From a plasmid, in the sequence record NZ_CP072388.1: DNA of 64,000 bases; one strand, written 5' to 3'. The notes beneath the pieces are model-generated. The model had not been told where the DNA came from, searched no databases, and saw only the letters and a program-made list of their open reading frames with translations. Made by a program: the position numbers and the translations under genes. How positions within the stretch are numbered: position 1 is the stretch's first letter; each line of letters begins with the position of its first letter. Positions 37,315-45,811 of the stretch are shown one piece after another.

Positions 37315-37686
37315 GTGTCGATCATAGATACCGAAGTATGTGTGGCGAGTACGGCGGACGTCGAGCCGGCGGTCGCGTTGTTCCGGTCGCTGGGAGATCC
37401 CGCGCGACTGGCGATCGTGCGCCGACTGGCTGTGGGTGAGGCGCGGGTCGCGGAGCTGACGCGCGACCTCGGCTTGGCACAGTCGACAGTGTCCTCGCAC
37501 GTGGCCTGTCTCAAGGACTGCGGTCTGGTCTCCGGCCGCATGGAGGGTCGACGGGTCTTCTACTCCCTGGCCCGCCCCGAGCTGCTGGACCTGCTGGGAG
37601 CGGCCGAGACGCTGCTCGCCGCCACCGGTAGCGCCGTCGCCCTGTGCCCGACCTACGGCGTGGACGGGCAGGACTCGGCATGCTGA
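37315..37686 (+). CDS. ArsR/CmtR-family metalloregulator
   Basis: HTH LGDPARLAIVRRLAVGEARVAEL with Cys residues (HVACLKDCG and a C-terminal C). GTG start. Confidence 0.8.
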   Translation: MSIIDTEVCVASTADVEPAVALFRSLGDPARLAIVRRLAVGEARVAELTRDLGLAQSTVSSHVACLKDCGLVSGRMEGRRVFYSLARPELLDLLGAAETLLAATGSAVALCPTYGVDGQDSAC

Positions 37687-38288
37687 GCACGATCGCGGCC
37701 GCGGCCGGGCTGTTCGTCGCGACCAACATCGACGACATCGTGGTCCTGACCGTCCTGTTCGCCGTCGCCGCACGCGGGACCTCACGACTGCGCGGCTGGC
37801 AGATAGTCGCCGGGCAGTACCTCGGGCTCATCACCCTGATCGCGGTCAGCTTCCTCGCCGCCCTCGGCCTGACGATCGTCCCGGACGAGTGGGTGGGCCT
37901 GCTCGGCCTGATCCCGCTCGCGATCGGCGTCCTGGCACTGGTGCGCACCCTGCGCGGCAAGGACGACGACGAGGCAGAGTCCGCGCTCAAGGCCGTCGGG
38001 CTCCTCGGCGTCGCCGGCATCACGATCGCCAACGGCGGCGACAACATCGCGATCTACACCCCGGTGTTCCGCACCATCTCGACCACCGACACCCTAGTCA
38101 CGATCACCGTGTTCCTCGTGCTCCTCGCCCTCTGGTGCCTGCTCGCACGCGCGATCGGCACCAACGAGAAGGTCACCGAAGCGCTCGAGAAGGTCGAGCA
38201 CTGGCTCGTGCCCGTCGTGTTCATCGGCCTCGGCATCTTCATCCTGATCGAGTCCGGCACCCTCGCCCACATTGCCAGCCTGACATGA
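37680..38288 (+). CDS. cadD: CadD-family cadmium resistance transporter
   Basis: About 200 aa with five TM helices and the conserved GGDNIAIY motif. Start overlaps the arsR stop. Confidence 0.8.
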   Translation: MLSTIAAAAGLFVATNIDDIVVLTVLFAVAARGTSRLRGWQIVAGQYLGLITLIAVSFLAALGLTIVPDEWVGLLGLIPLAIGVLALVRTLRGKDDDEAESALKAVGLLGVAGITIANGGDNIAIYTPVFRTISTTDTLVTITVFLVLLALWCLLARAIGTNEKVTEALEKVEHWLVPVVFIGLGIFILIESGTLAHIASLT

Positions 38289-38944
38289 CCACTCAGCCTC
38301 GCCGTCGCCGCGCTGCCGCCGTGTCCGCGTGGGTGGAACAGGGAACCACCGAGACGCCACGCACCCTCGTGGATTCCCCGGCGCAACTGCGGCGGTTCCT
38401 GCTCGCATTCGCCGTCGCAGCCAGCGCCGTGCTGATCGACCAGGGGACCAAAACCCTCGCCCTCACATACCTCAGCGAGCACGAGCGCATCCCGCTGCTT
38501 GGCGACGCGCTCGGCCTTCAGCTCGCGTTCAACCCCGGCACTGTCATGTCATTCGGAGCCGACGCAACCTGGGTGCTTACCGTCGTCGCCACCGCCGCAT
38601 CCGTCGCTCTACTCGTCGCTGCAAGCCGTGCCCACACGGTCGGATGGGCGGTAGCGATCGGACTCCTGTGGGGAGGCGCGGTCGGAAATCTGCTGGACCG
38701 CCTCCTGGCCCCGCCCGGCTTTGGGCGAGGCCATGTCACCGACTTCCTCGCCTACGGGAACCTCTTCATCGGCAACCTCGCTGACGTCGTCCTCGGCGCC
38801 GGGGTTGCCCTGAGCCTCCTACTCTCCCTTTCAAACCGTCAGGTCCCGCGTTCGTCCTCCCAGCGCGAGACCGCCGCCGGTCGGTGGACTGGCGACGCGC
38901 ACGGCGTCGCGGCAAGTGAGCGAGGGCAGGCACATGAAGGTTGA
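38285..38944 (+). CDS. lspA: Lipoprotein signal peptidase II
   Basis: Conserved LspA blocks (IDQGTK, FNPG, GNLLDR, DFL) with a C-terminal extension. Confidence 0.75.
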   Translation: MTTQPRRRRAAAVSAWVEQGTTETPRTLVDSPAQLRRFLLAFAVAASAVLIDQGTKTLALTYLSEHERIPLLGDALGLQLAFNPGTVMSFGADATWVLTVVATAASVALLVAASRAHTVGWAVAIGLLWGGAVGNLLDRLLAPPGFGRGHVTDFLAYGNLFIGNLADVVLGAGVALSLLLSLSNRQVPRSSSQRETAAGRWTGDAHGVAASERGQAHEG

Positions 38945-39245
38945 GCTCCTAGTCATCGACGAGTGCCCGAACGAAGTTCCCGCCCTGGAAGCACTGCGCC
39001 GGGTCCTGGACAAGACCGGGATCGACGCGGCGATCGCCACCGTGGTCATCACCGACGACGACCAGGCCCAGGCCCATGGCTTCCACGGATCGCCCTCGTT
39101 CCACGTCGACGGACGCGACCTGTTCCCTGTGCCCACGGTGCGCCCTGGCGTTGCGTGCCGCGTCTACCCCACGACAGCGGGACTGCGCGGCGTGCCCGAC
39201 GACCACTCTCTGACCGCCGCCCTCATGGACCGCGTCGGGCGCTGA
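38934..39245 (+). CDS. Hypothetical small protein (possible thioredoxin-like fold, single Cys)
   Basis: MKVELLVIDECPN N-terminus. No confident family. Confidence 0.35.
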   Translation: MKVELLVIDECPNEVPALEALRRVLDKTGIDAAIATVVITDDDQAQAHGFHGSPSFHVDGRDLFPVPTVRPGVACRVYPTTAGLRGVPDDHSLTAALMDRVGR

Positions 39246-39269
39246 CCCGCGCTCGTCCACCGCCGCGAC

Positions 39270-39788
39270 CTACGGCGCCGGCCCCCGCGCCTGTGCCGGG
39301 CGACGCGGTCGGTGCCGGTGGACCGCCCAGCCCGTGAGCGGTGCCCCGACCACCGTCGGCAGGACCCAGAACGACCAGTCCGGCAGCCGTTCCCAGATCG
39401 GCAGGTGCGGGCCGTTGTCGACGTAGAACGCGGTCAGCATCGCGATGTACGCCAGACCCATCCACGCGATGTGCGCCCCGTCGCTCTCACCGCGGCGCCG
39501 GTTGCGCCACCCGAGGAGCACGGCGGCCAACGCGATCCCCCCGAGCGCGGCCAGGTGGACGGTTGCCGGCCAACGGATCACCACCATGACGACCATCGAC
39601 CCGAAGAGAGCGGCGATCCCACCGAGGAACACGCGACCAGCCCCGACGTGCCACCGACCGCCCTTGCGCGCGAGCATCGCGACCAGCCCCGCGAGCACCG
39701 CCGTGACGCCCGCGGCGATGTGCACCAGCAGAGCGAGGTCGAACACCGGACCCGCGTCCGGCTCCGGCAACCCCGGGATGTCGATCAT
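39270..39788 (-). CDS. Integral membrane protein (four TM helices)
   Basis: Hydropathy pattern only. Trp/His-rich loops. Confidence 0.45.
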   Translation of the reverse strand: MIDIPGLPEPDAGPVFDLALLVHIAAGVTAVLAGLVAMLARKGGRWHVGAGRVFLGGIAALFGSMVVMVVIRWPATVHLAALGGIALAAVLLGWRNRRRGESDGAHIAWMGLAYIAMLTAFYVDNGPHLPIWERLPDWSFWVLPTVVGAPLTGWAVHRHRPRRPAQARGPAP

Positions 39789-40098
39789 GGTCGCCTCCGA
39801 CGCCCGAGCATCCGATCTCAGCGTCTCACCGACCGGCCCGCCGCACCCCCGCCGCTTCTCGCACGAACTTGGCGACTTCCTACAAGGTTGTCAGACACCG
39901 CAAAACTGACCGTTTTCCGTACGGCGCGGACGCCGTCGCGACACGCCGATAGAACTGTGGCTTTCGCCTCTATATGGCGGTGTTCTGGTGGCACTCTGTG
40001 GCGGCCGCGTCGGGTGGTGATGACGATGATGACGGTGCGCTATGACGTTGTTGGTGATGGTGCGAAACTGGTCTACAAGACTGGTTTCGGCCCGGAGA

Positions 40099-42063
40099 TT
40101 AGACAGATACCGAGGTTCGGGCGCGTCGGGTCTCGCCGCGGCCGGGGCGGAGCATGCGCAGGCCGTTGAGGATGATCAGCGCCGCGCTGCCCTCGTTGAG
40201 GAGCAGGCCGGTGGTCAGGGACATCCAGCCGGCGAGGGCGGCGACGATCAGGACGGCCACGACGGTCAGGCTCAGGACGATGTTGATCTTGATGTTGTTC
40301 CGAGCGCGGCGCGAGAGTCGGATGGCGGCCGGGAGCCGGTCGAGCTCGTCGGCCATGAGGGCGACATCGGCGGTCTCTAGGGCGACGTCGGTGCTGGCGG
40401 CACCCATGGCGATGGCGAGGTCGGCGTTGGCCAGGGCGGGGGCGTCGTTGACGCCGTCGCCGACCATCGCGATCACGCCGTGTTTCTCGCGCAGCTCACG
40501 GATTGCGGCGGATTTGTCCTCGGGGAGCAACTCGGCGCGGTAGTCGTCTAGCCCCAGGGCCTGCGCGGTGGATCTGGCGACGGTGGCGTTGTCGCCGGTG
40601 AGCATCAGGACCCGCTCGACTCCGAGGTCGCGCAGCTCGGTAAGGGTGCTTTCGGCGTCGGGGCGCAGCTGGTCGGCCACCGCCACGACGGCCAAGGGTC
40701 GGGTGTCGTCGCGAAGAACCACGGCCGTGCATCCTTCCGCCTCGGCGTGCGCCAGCGCCGGGCCTGCGGTGCCGTCAGTCCGGTCCTCGTCGGTGGGCCG
40801 GCCGATGTGCAGGGTGCGACCGTCGAGGGTGGCTTCCATGCCGGCTCCTGGCAGGGCGCGTGCATCCTGGACGGCCGGGATGGTCAACCCGCGGTCGCGG
40901 GCACCGGCCACGATCGCGGTCGCGATGGGGTGCTCGCTACCGGTCTCGACCGCCGCCGCAAGGGTCAGAGCCTCGTCCTCGCTGATCCCGTCGAGGGGCG
41001 TCACTTGAGCGAGAGTGGGCCGGCCGCGGGTGAGCGTCCCGGTCTTGTCGAAGGCGACGACCTTGATGTCCGCGAGGCGCTCGAGGTAGATCCCGCCCTT
41101 GATCAGGATGCCGTCCTTGGCGCCGCGGGCGATGGCGGTGACCACGCTGACGGGCACGGAGATGACCAGGGCGCACGAGCACGAGACCACGAGGATGACC
41201 AGCGCCCGGTAGATCGCTTCGCGCCACTCGAAGCCGAGCAGCGGCATGACCAGGGCTACGACGATGGCCAGGGCGAACATCGCCGGGGTGTAGATGGCAC
41301 TGAACTTGTCCGCGAACCGCTCGGCGCCGCTGCGGTTGGCCTGTGCCTCTTCGACCTGCCCGATCACCCGGGCCAGGACGGTGTCGTAATACTCCTTGGT
41401 GACCTTCACCCGGAGCACCCCGTTGCCGTTCAGGCTGCCGCCGAAGACCTCGGTGCCCGCGGCGGCCTCGACCGGTACCGACTCCCCGGTCACCGGGCTG
41501 GCGTCCACCCACGAGGCACCGTCAACCACAATCCCGTCGGTGGGCAGACGCTCACCGGGGCGCACCATGACGACGTCACCGGGGTGGAGCTCCTCCACCG
41601 CCACGGTCTGCGTCTGGTCACCGGGCAGGAGGCGGGTGGCGGTCGGGGGCGTGAGCTCCATCAGGGCGCTGATGGACCCTCGGGCCTTGTCGGTGGCGTA
41701 TGCCTCCATGGCCTCAACGAGGCTGAAGATGACGACGAGCGCTGCCGCCTCCTCGATCACCCCGAGCGCGATGGCGCCGATAGCCGCCACCACGAGCAGC
41801 ACGGTGATGGTCAGCCGTTTGTGGCGCACCGCCCGGATCGCGCTGCGCAATGGGTAGACGCCGCCGATGAGGATCGCGCCCCAGAATAGGGCCAGGGCCA
41901 CCGGCTCGGAGTGGATGGTCCACTCCACCACCAGCCCGGCCACCAGCAGCACCGCGGCGACGGCCAGGGTGACCATCTCGGGGTTCTGCCACCACCGGCG
42001 CCGGGCCGCCCGCACCACGACCGGAGCTGCTACCTGTGGCGACGTCGTCGCTCTAGCACTCAT
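40099..42063 (-). CDS. P1B-type ATPase with non-canonical TM6 motif (VSCSCAL, no Pro) and no N-terminal HMA domain
   Basis: Motifs DKTGTLT, GDGVNDAPAL and TGES present. The protein starts directly with TM helices. TM6 reads ILVVSCSCALVISVP. Confidence 0.85.
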   Translation of the reverse strand: MSARATTSPQVAAPVVVRAARRRWWQNPEMVTLAVAAVLLVAGLVVEWTIHSEPVALALFWGAILIGGVYPLRSAIRAVRHKRLTITVLLVVAAIGAIALGVIEEAAALVVIFSLVEAMEAYATDKARGSISALMELTPPTATRLLPGDQTQTVAVEELHPGDVVMVRPGERLPTDGIVVDGASWVDASPVTGESVPVEAAAGTEVFGGSLNGNGVLRVKVTKEYYDTVLARVIGQVEEAQANRSGAERFADKFSAIYTPAMFALAIVVALVMPLLGFEWREAIYRALVILVVSCSCALVISVPVSVVTAIARGAKDGILIKGGIYLERLADIKVVAFDKTGTLTRGRPTLAQVTPLDGISEDEALTLAAAVETGSEHPIATAIVAGARDRGLTIPAVQDARALPGAGMEATLDGRTLHIGRPTDEDRTDGTAGPALAHAEAEGCTAVVLRDDTRPLAVVAVADQLRPDAESTLTELRDLGVERVLMLTGDNATVARSTAQALGLDDYRAELLPEDKSAAIRELREKHGVIAMVGDGVNDAPALANADLAIAMGAASTDVALETADVALMADELDRLPAAIRLSRRARNNIKINIVLSLTVVAVLIVAALAGWMSLTTGLLLNEGSAALIILNGLRMLRPGRGETRRARTSVSV

Positions 42064-42112
42064 CTTGTTCTTACCTTCTCTTCATCGGTTTGCTGGGTGC
42101 AGTGGTGGAGCG

Positions 42113-42358
42113 TCAGACGCGTACCGGGCGGGCGGGGCCGGCAGGGGCGAGCGGCAGCCCGACCTTCTGGGCCGCCTGGACCACGGCGTCATCGCTCACG
42201 GTGCCGTCGTGGGTCACGAGGACCAGACCGGAGGCCAGGGCGTCCACCTCTTTGACCCCGGGCAGGGCCTCGAGGGTCGCAAGGTCCCCGGAGCAGGACA
42301 CGCAACCGCCCTCGATGGCGCGGTACTTCGAACGGAAGAACTGGGCGGGAACGGTCAT
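42113..42358 (-). CDS. HMA-like metallochaperone (GGCVSC variant of the metal-binding loop)
   Basis: 82 aa. A ferredoxin-like pattern with CxxC in the first loop. Directly downstream of the ATPase. Confidence 0.5.
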   Translation of the reverse strand: MTVPAQFFRSKYRAIEGGCVSCSGDLATLEALPGVKEVDALASGLVLVTHDGTVSDDAVVQAAQKVGLPLAPAGPARPVRV

Positions 42359-42387
42359 CGGTACATCTCCTGGTCGGGAAGCCTCCA

Positions 42388-42409
42388 GACTTCGACTGTC
42401 ATCGAAGTC
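42388..42409. promoter_or_regulatory. Perfect palindrome gacttcga-ctgtca-tcgaagtc, plus a nearby ACATGT-rich repeat, upstream of the arsR-family gene
   Basis: 8-bp arms read directly from the sequence. Sits in the divergent intergenic region between the HMA/ATPase operon and arsR. Confidence 0.55.
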
Positions 42410-42457
42410 TTCAGCGACAATATTGCCACAGACTTCGATACATGTCAACATGTACGC

Positions 42458-42832
42458 ATGTCGATGTCCTTGCTGCCCACCCGGAACGCGGCCCTGAGGT
42501 ACTGCACGCCGCTAGCGCGCGAGCCGATCAGCCCCGAGCAGGCCGAGGGCGTCTCCCGCATGCTCAAGGCGCTCGCCGACCCGGTTCGGCTGAGGCTGAT
42601 GTCGATGATCCTGTCCCACGAGGGCGGCGAGGCGTGCGCGATGTGCGACCTGACCGAGGGCTTCGACCTGGCCCCGTCGACCCTCAGCCACCACCTGAAG
42701 GTTTTGCACGACGCAGGCCTGGTCGACCGGGATAAGCGCGGCGTGTGGGTCTACTACAAGGCCCGCTCGGAAGCAATGGGCGCCCTGCGCACCCTGTTCA
42801 GCGGCGACCTCGCTGCTCCTCAGTCGGCGTGA
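42458..42832 (+). CDS. ArsR-family metalloregulator
   Basis: HTH LADPVRLRLMSMILSHEGGEACAMCDL with the Cys pair typical of metal-sensing ArsR proteins. Confidence 0.8.
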   Translation: MSMSLLPTRNAALRYCTPLAREPISPEQAEGVSRMLKALADPVRLRLMSMILSHEGGEACAMCDLTEGFDLAPSTLSHHLKVLHDAGLVDRDKRGVWVYYKARSEAMGALRTLFSGDLAAPQSA

Positions 42833-43023
42833 CCGGACCTAACGCGCAGCCCCCGCCTTGATACGTGGAGCCACCGACCGTGCTCCTCGCCCTTGTTCAT
42901 ACTGGCGCGATGGCCGCGGTCAGTCTCACCGGAACCCTGCTCGGGCTGGTTCTGGTTGGCAATTGATCGGCCCCACCCGCGACATTCACGGCTTGCCTGG
43001 TTGGGTCCAGGCCCGCAAGGCGA

Positions 43024-43599
43024 TTAGTTCAGAAGGGAAGCCGTAATCGCCCCGGCGGTGATAGCCCCAGCAAGGAGCAGCAGTGGGTGTACCCGGCGGG
43101 CGGCAAGCCCTACGAACAAGGAACCGACAAGAAGGCCCGGGTTGATGTCGGCGACAGGGCGGGCGAGTGACGTCAGCGTGACGACGAGCAGACCGATCGC
43201 GCCCGCACCCGCATAGCGCCCGAAGGCAGGCAGCCACCACGTCTGCGACAACCGATTCACTGCGCTGGCAGCACCGATCGCCGCGAGCACCGGGAGAGCG
43301 AACACGGCAGCGGTGGCGACCGCCGCACCGCCCACCCCAGCGGTCACGTATCCGACGAAGGCAGCGATGATCAGCACCGGACCGGGAGTTGCGTAGGAAA
43401 GCCCGACCGCTGTCGCGAACTCACCCGGGCTCAGCCAACCGTGCACCCCGACCGTGAGCCGCTCCACCAGTGGCAGCGCAGCCTGGCCACCGCCGAAGGC
43501 CAGCGCACCGATCAGAAGGAACGTGGCGACCAGGTCAACCACGGTGGCCGCCCCGGTATCGGCGCACCCGGTCGACGATGACCCCGACCAGCCCGGCAA
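43024..43599 (-). CDS. chrA: Short-chain chromate transporter ChrA (C-terminal-type half)
   Basis: GALAFGGGQAALPL motif and about 190 aa with five to six TM helices. The real start is probably an internal GTG, since the listed ORF overlaps the upstream half. Confidence 0.7.
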   Translation of the reverse strand: MPGWSGSSSTGCADTGAATVVDLVATFLLIGALAFGGGQAALPLVERLTVGVHGWLSPGEFATAVGLSYATPGPVLIIAAFVGYVTAGVGGAAVATAAVFALPVLAAIGAASAVNRLSQTWWLPAFGRYAGAGAIGLLVVTLTSLARPVADINPGLLVGSLFVGLAARRVHPLLLLAGAITAGAITASLLN

Positions 43600-44116
43600 G
43601 CACCACGACGATGGCAGGGTTGACGAAGAACCCCCCGGCGGCCGCCGCCACCGCGACCGCGGCGAGGGCGAGCGTGCGCGCCTCTTTGGTCAACAACCCA
43701 ACCATCGAATGCCCGAGCAGACCGACAACGGCGACCTGCATACCCAGCAGCGCTCCGTCGACCCAAGCCGCGTCAGGCAGTGCCGCGGCGCCGGCCGCTG
43801 CGAGCGTCATCAGAACTGCGGCAGGCAGGAGGAACCCGAAGGTAGCGACTAGTGCCCCCATCACCCCACCGAGCCGCCAGCCAAGGAAGGTGACAATCTG
43901 CACGACAGTGGAGCCGGGAAGCGCCTTGGTGTAGGTGAGTGCGTCCCGCACATCGGTCGACGTCAACCACCCCCGTCTAGCGACCAATGAGCGATCGAGC
44001 AAGGCCAGCGTCGGGCCAAGCCCGCCGAACGCGACGGCACCAAGGCGCAACATCGCCCACCACAGAGTCAACATTGGTACGCGGGAACGATGGGTAGTTG
44101 CGTCTGTGCCGCTCAC
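43535..44116 (-). CDS. chrA: Short-chain chromate transporter ChrA (N-terminal-type half)
   Basis: GAVAFGGLGPTLALL motif. Paired with the downstream half as in bipartite CHR transporters. Confidence 0.7.
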   Translation of the reverse strand: MSGTDATTHRSRVPMLTLWWAMLRLGAVAFGGLGPTLALLDRSLVARRGWLTSTDVRDALTYTKALPGSTVVQIVTFLGWRLGGVMGALVATFGFLLPAAVLMTLAAAGAAALPDAAWVDGALLGMQVAVVGLLGHSMVGLLTKEARTLALAAVAVAAAAGGFFVNPAIVVVLAGLVGVIVDRVRRYRGGHRG

Positions 44117-44249
44117 ATCCCTGCACTCCCTACCTGCGGTCGACGGTTCTTACCTGCGACCGGATGGTCAAAGCTGTGACTTTCGCCGGTGTAGGGCGGG
44201 CTGAGTGGCGGGCACGGTCAGGTGACGCCGATGACCAGGAGCGCCCTTC

Positions 44250-44864
44250 CTAGGTCTCGAGCAGGGCCAACGCATCCATCGGTGCAGCGAGCCGCGCGTC
44301 GGCGGGTTCCTCCGCCCGGTACAGGTGGCCCCAGGTCGCCGCTGCGCCGCGTGCGCCGGCGGATCGGGCTGTCCGCAAGTCGGTCGGCGCGTCACCGATG
44401 TACACGATGTCGGCTACATCAACTCCTAGCCGGGACGCTGCGGCCAGGATGCCGTCCGGGGCGGGCTTCGGCCACGCCACGTGGTCCCCACCGATGAGGA
44501 TGTCGTACTCGATGCTGGCCGAGGCGAGCAGCATGCGCGCCGCACGGCTGCTGGCGACCGTGAAGATGACCGTCCGCAGATCCCGCGCACGCAGCGCCGC
44601 GAGGGTCTCGAGCACACCGGCATAGGCCGTAACGGTGCTGGCGTGCAGTCGGTCGTAGTAAGCGTCGACCTCGCCGTTCTTGAGTGGCCGACCGACTAGG
44701 TGCTCGAGCATCACCTCCGGCACGCCGAGGGAGTAGGCCGCAACGACCTTTTCCCGGTCGACGTCGGCAACCCCCAGCTCTTGCACCGTCGCGACGAACG
44801 CGTCAGGCACCACCGACGTGGTGTCGAGCAGTGTGCCGTCCATGTCCCAGACCAGGTGCGTCAT
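44250..44864 (-). CDS. HAD-superfamily hydrolase or phosphatase
   Basis: Motif I DMDGTLLDT near the N-terminus and the motif IV region GDAPTD. Confidence 0.7.
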   Translation of the reverse strand: MTHLVWDMDGTLLDTTSVVPDAFVATVQELGVADVDREKVVAAYSLGVPEVMLEHLVGRPLKNGEVDAYYDRLHASTVTAYAGVLETLAALRARDLRTVIFTVASSRAARMLLASASIEYDILIGGDHVAWPKPAPDGILAAASRLGVDVADIVYIGDAPTDLRTARSAGARGAAATWGHLYRAEEPADARLAAPMDALALLET

Positions 44865-45132
44865 GCGAAGCAGCCTAGGTCCGGTTCTGACGACCATGAC
44901 GGACGGAAGAGCGATTCACTCGGGGGGCGTCCGGCCCGACTCGCCGAGCGACGGGGCGCGCGCCTTCAAACCCGCGATCGGCAGCGCTCCGCGTTCCAAG
45001 GAGCCGCGGTAGAGGTCCAGGACGTGGGCCCCAGGGCCCGGTCGCGGCGCGTTAGCGGCGTATCTCAAACGAACGATTCCGCTACACGCGCCGGAGGGCC
45101 GGGCGGCGCGCGTCGTCGACGAGGCGCCTGAT

Positions 45133-45200
45133 GTAGCGGAACTGCGTGCCGAAAACTACGGCGCGATACTTCCCGTGTCGGACGGGTTTCGCTACGGTCG
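45133..45200. promoter_or_regulatory. res-like hairpin site 1 upstream of the resolvase gene
   Basis: gtagcggaac...ccgaaaac...gggtttcgctacggtc. Shares the GGTTTCGCTAC(C/G)GT tail with 48101-48158 and 52482-52527. Confidence 0.45.
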
Positions 45201-45204
45201 ACGC

Positions 45205-45804
45205 GTGGGGCATCTCCTGGGGTACGCGCGCGTGTCGACAACCGATCAGGACGCGTCGCTGCAGGTCGATGCGCTGACCAAGGCCGGGTGCTACCGGGTG
45301 TTCGTCGACACCGGCTCCGGGTCGCTGCAGCACCGGCCGGAGCTGGACAAGCTGCTGGACCAGCTGCGCCCGGGGGACACCCTGGTGGTGTGGCGGCTGG
45401 ACCGGCTCGGCCGGTCGATCCGCCACCTGATCGACCAGCTGCAGGTCCTGGCCGACCGCGGCGTGGGGTTCCGGTCGTTGCAGGAGACCATCGACACCAC
45501 CTCCCCAGGCGGACGGTTGGTGTTTCACGTCTTCGCGGCACTGGCCGAGTTCGAGCGCGACCTGATCCGAGAGCGCACCAACGCCGGCCTGGCGGCCGCT
45601 CGTGCTCGGGGCCGCAGCGGTGGGCGGCCGTCGGCGTTGTCCGCGGACCAGGTCCGGGCGGCCCGACGGATGTATGAGCAGAAGGACATGACCGTCGCCC
45701 AGATCGGGCAGGTGCTCGGCGTCTCCCGCACCACCATCTACCGGGCCCTGAACCGCGCGCCCGCCGCAGCGGCCCCGTCACGACGAGCCACGAGCGCCGT
45801 GTAG
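45205..45804 (+). CDS. Serine recombinase/resolvase (TniR/TnpR-like)
   Basis: N-terminus GYARVSTTDQ with catalytic Ser. A C-terminal HTH (VAQIGQVLGVSRTTIYRAL). Confidence 0.85.
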   Translation: MGHLLGYARVSTTDQDASLQVDALTKAGCYRVFVDTGSGSLQHRPELDKLLDQLRPGDTLVVWRLDRLGRSIRHLIDQLQVLADRGVGFRSLQETIDTTSPGGRLVFHVFAALAEFERDLIRERTNAGLAAARARGRSGGRPSALSADQVRAARRMYEQKDMTVAQIGQVLGVSRTTIYRALNRAPAAAAPSRRATSAV

Positions 45805-45811
45805 GCCGGCC

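Noticed and set aside
43024-44116. Two overlapping ChrA-like ORFs as a frameshifted chrA pseudogene
   Set aside because: Each is about 190 aa with its own GxxAFGG motif. Bipartite short-chain CHR transporter pairs are a known natural arrangement. The overlap is resolved by an internal GTG start.
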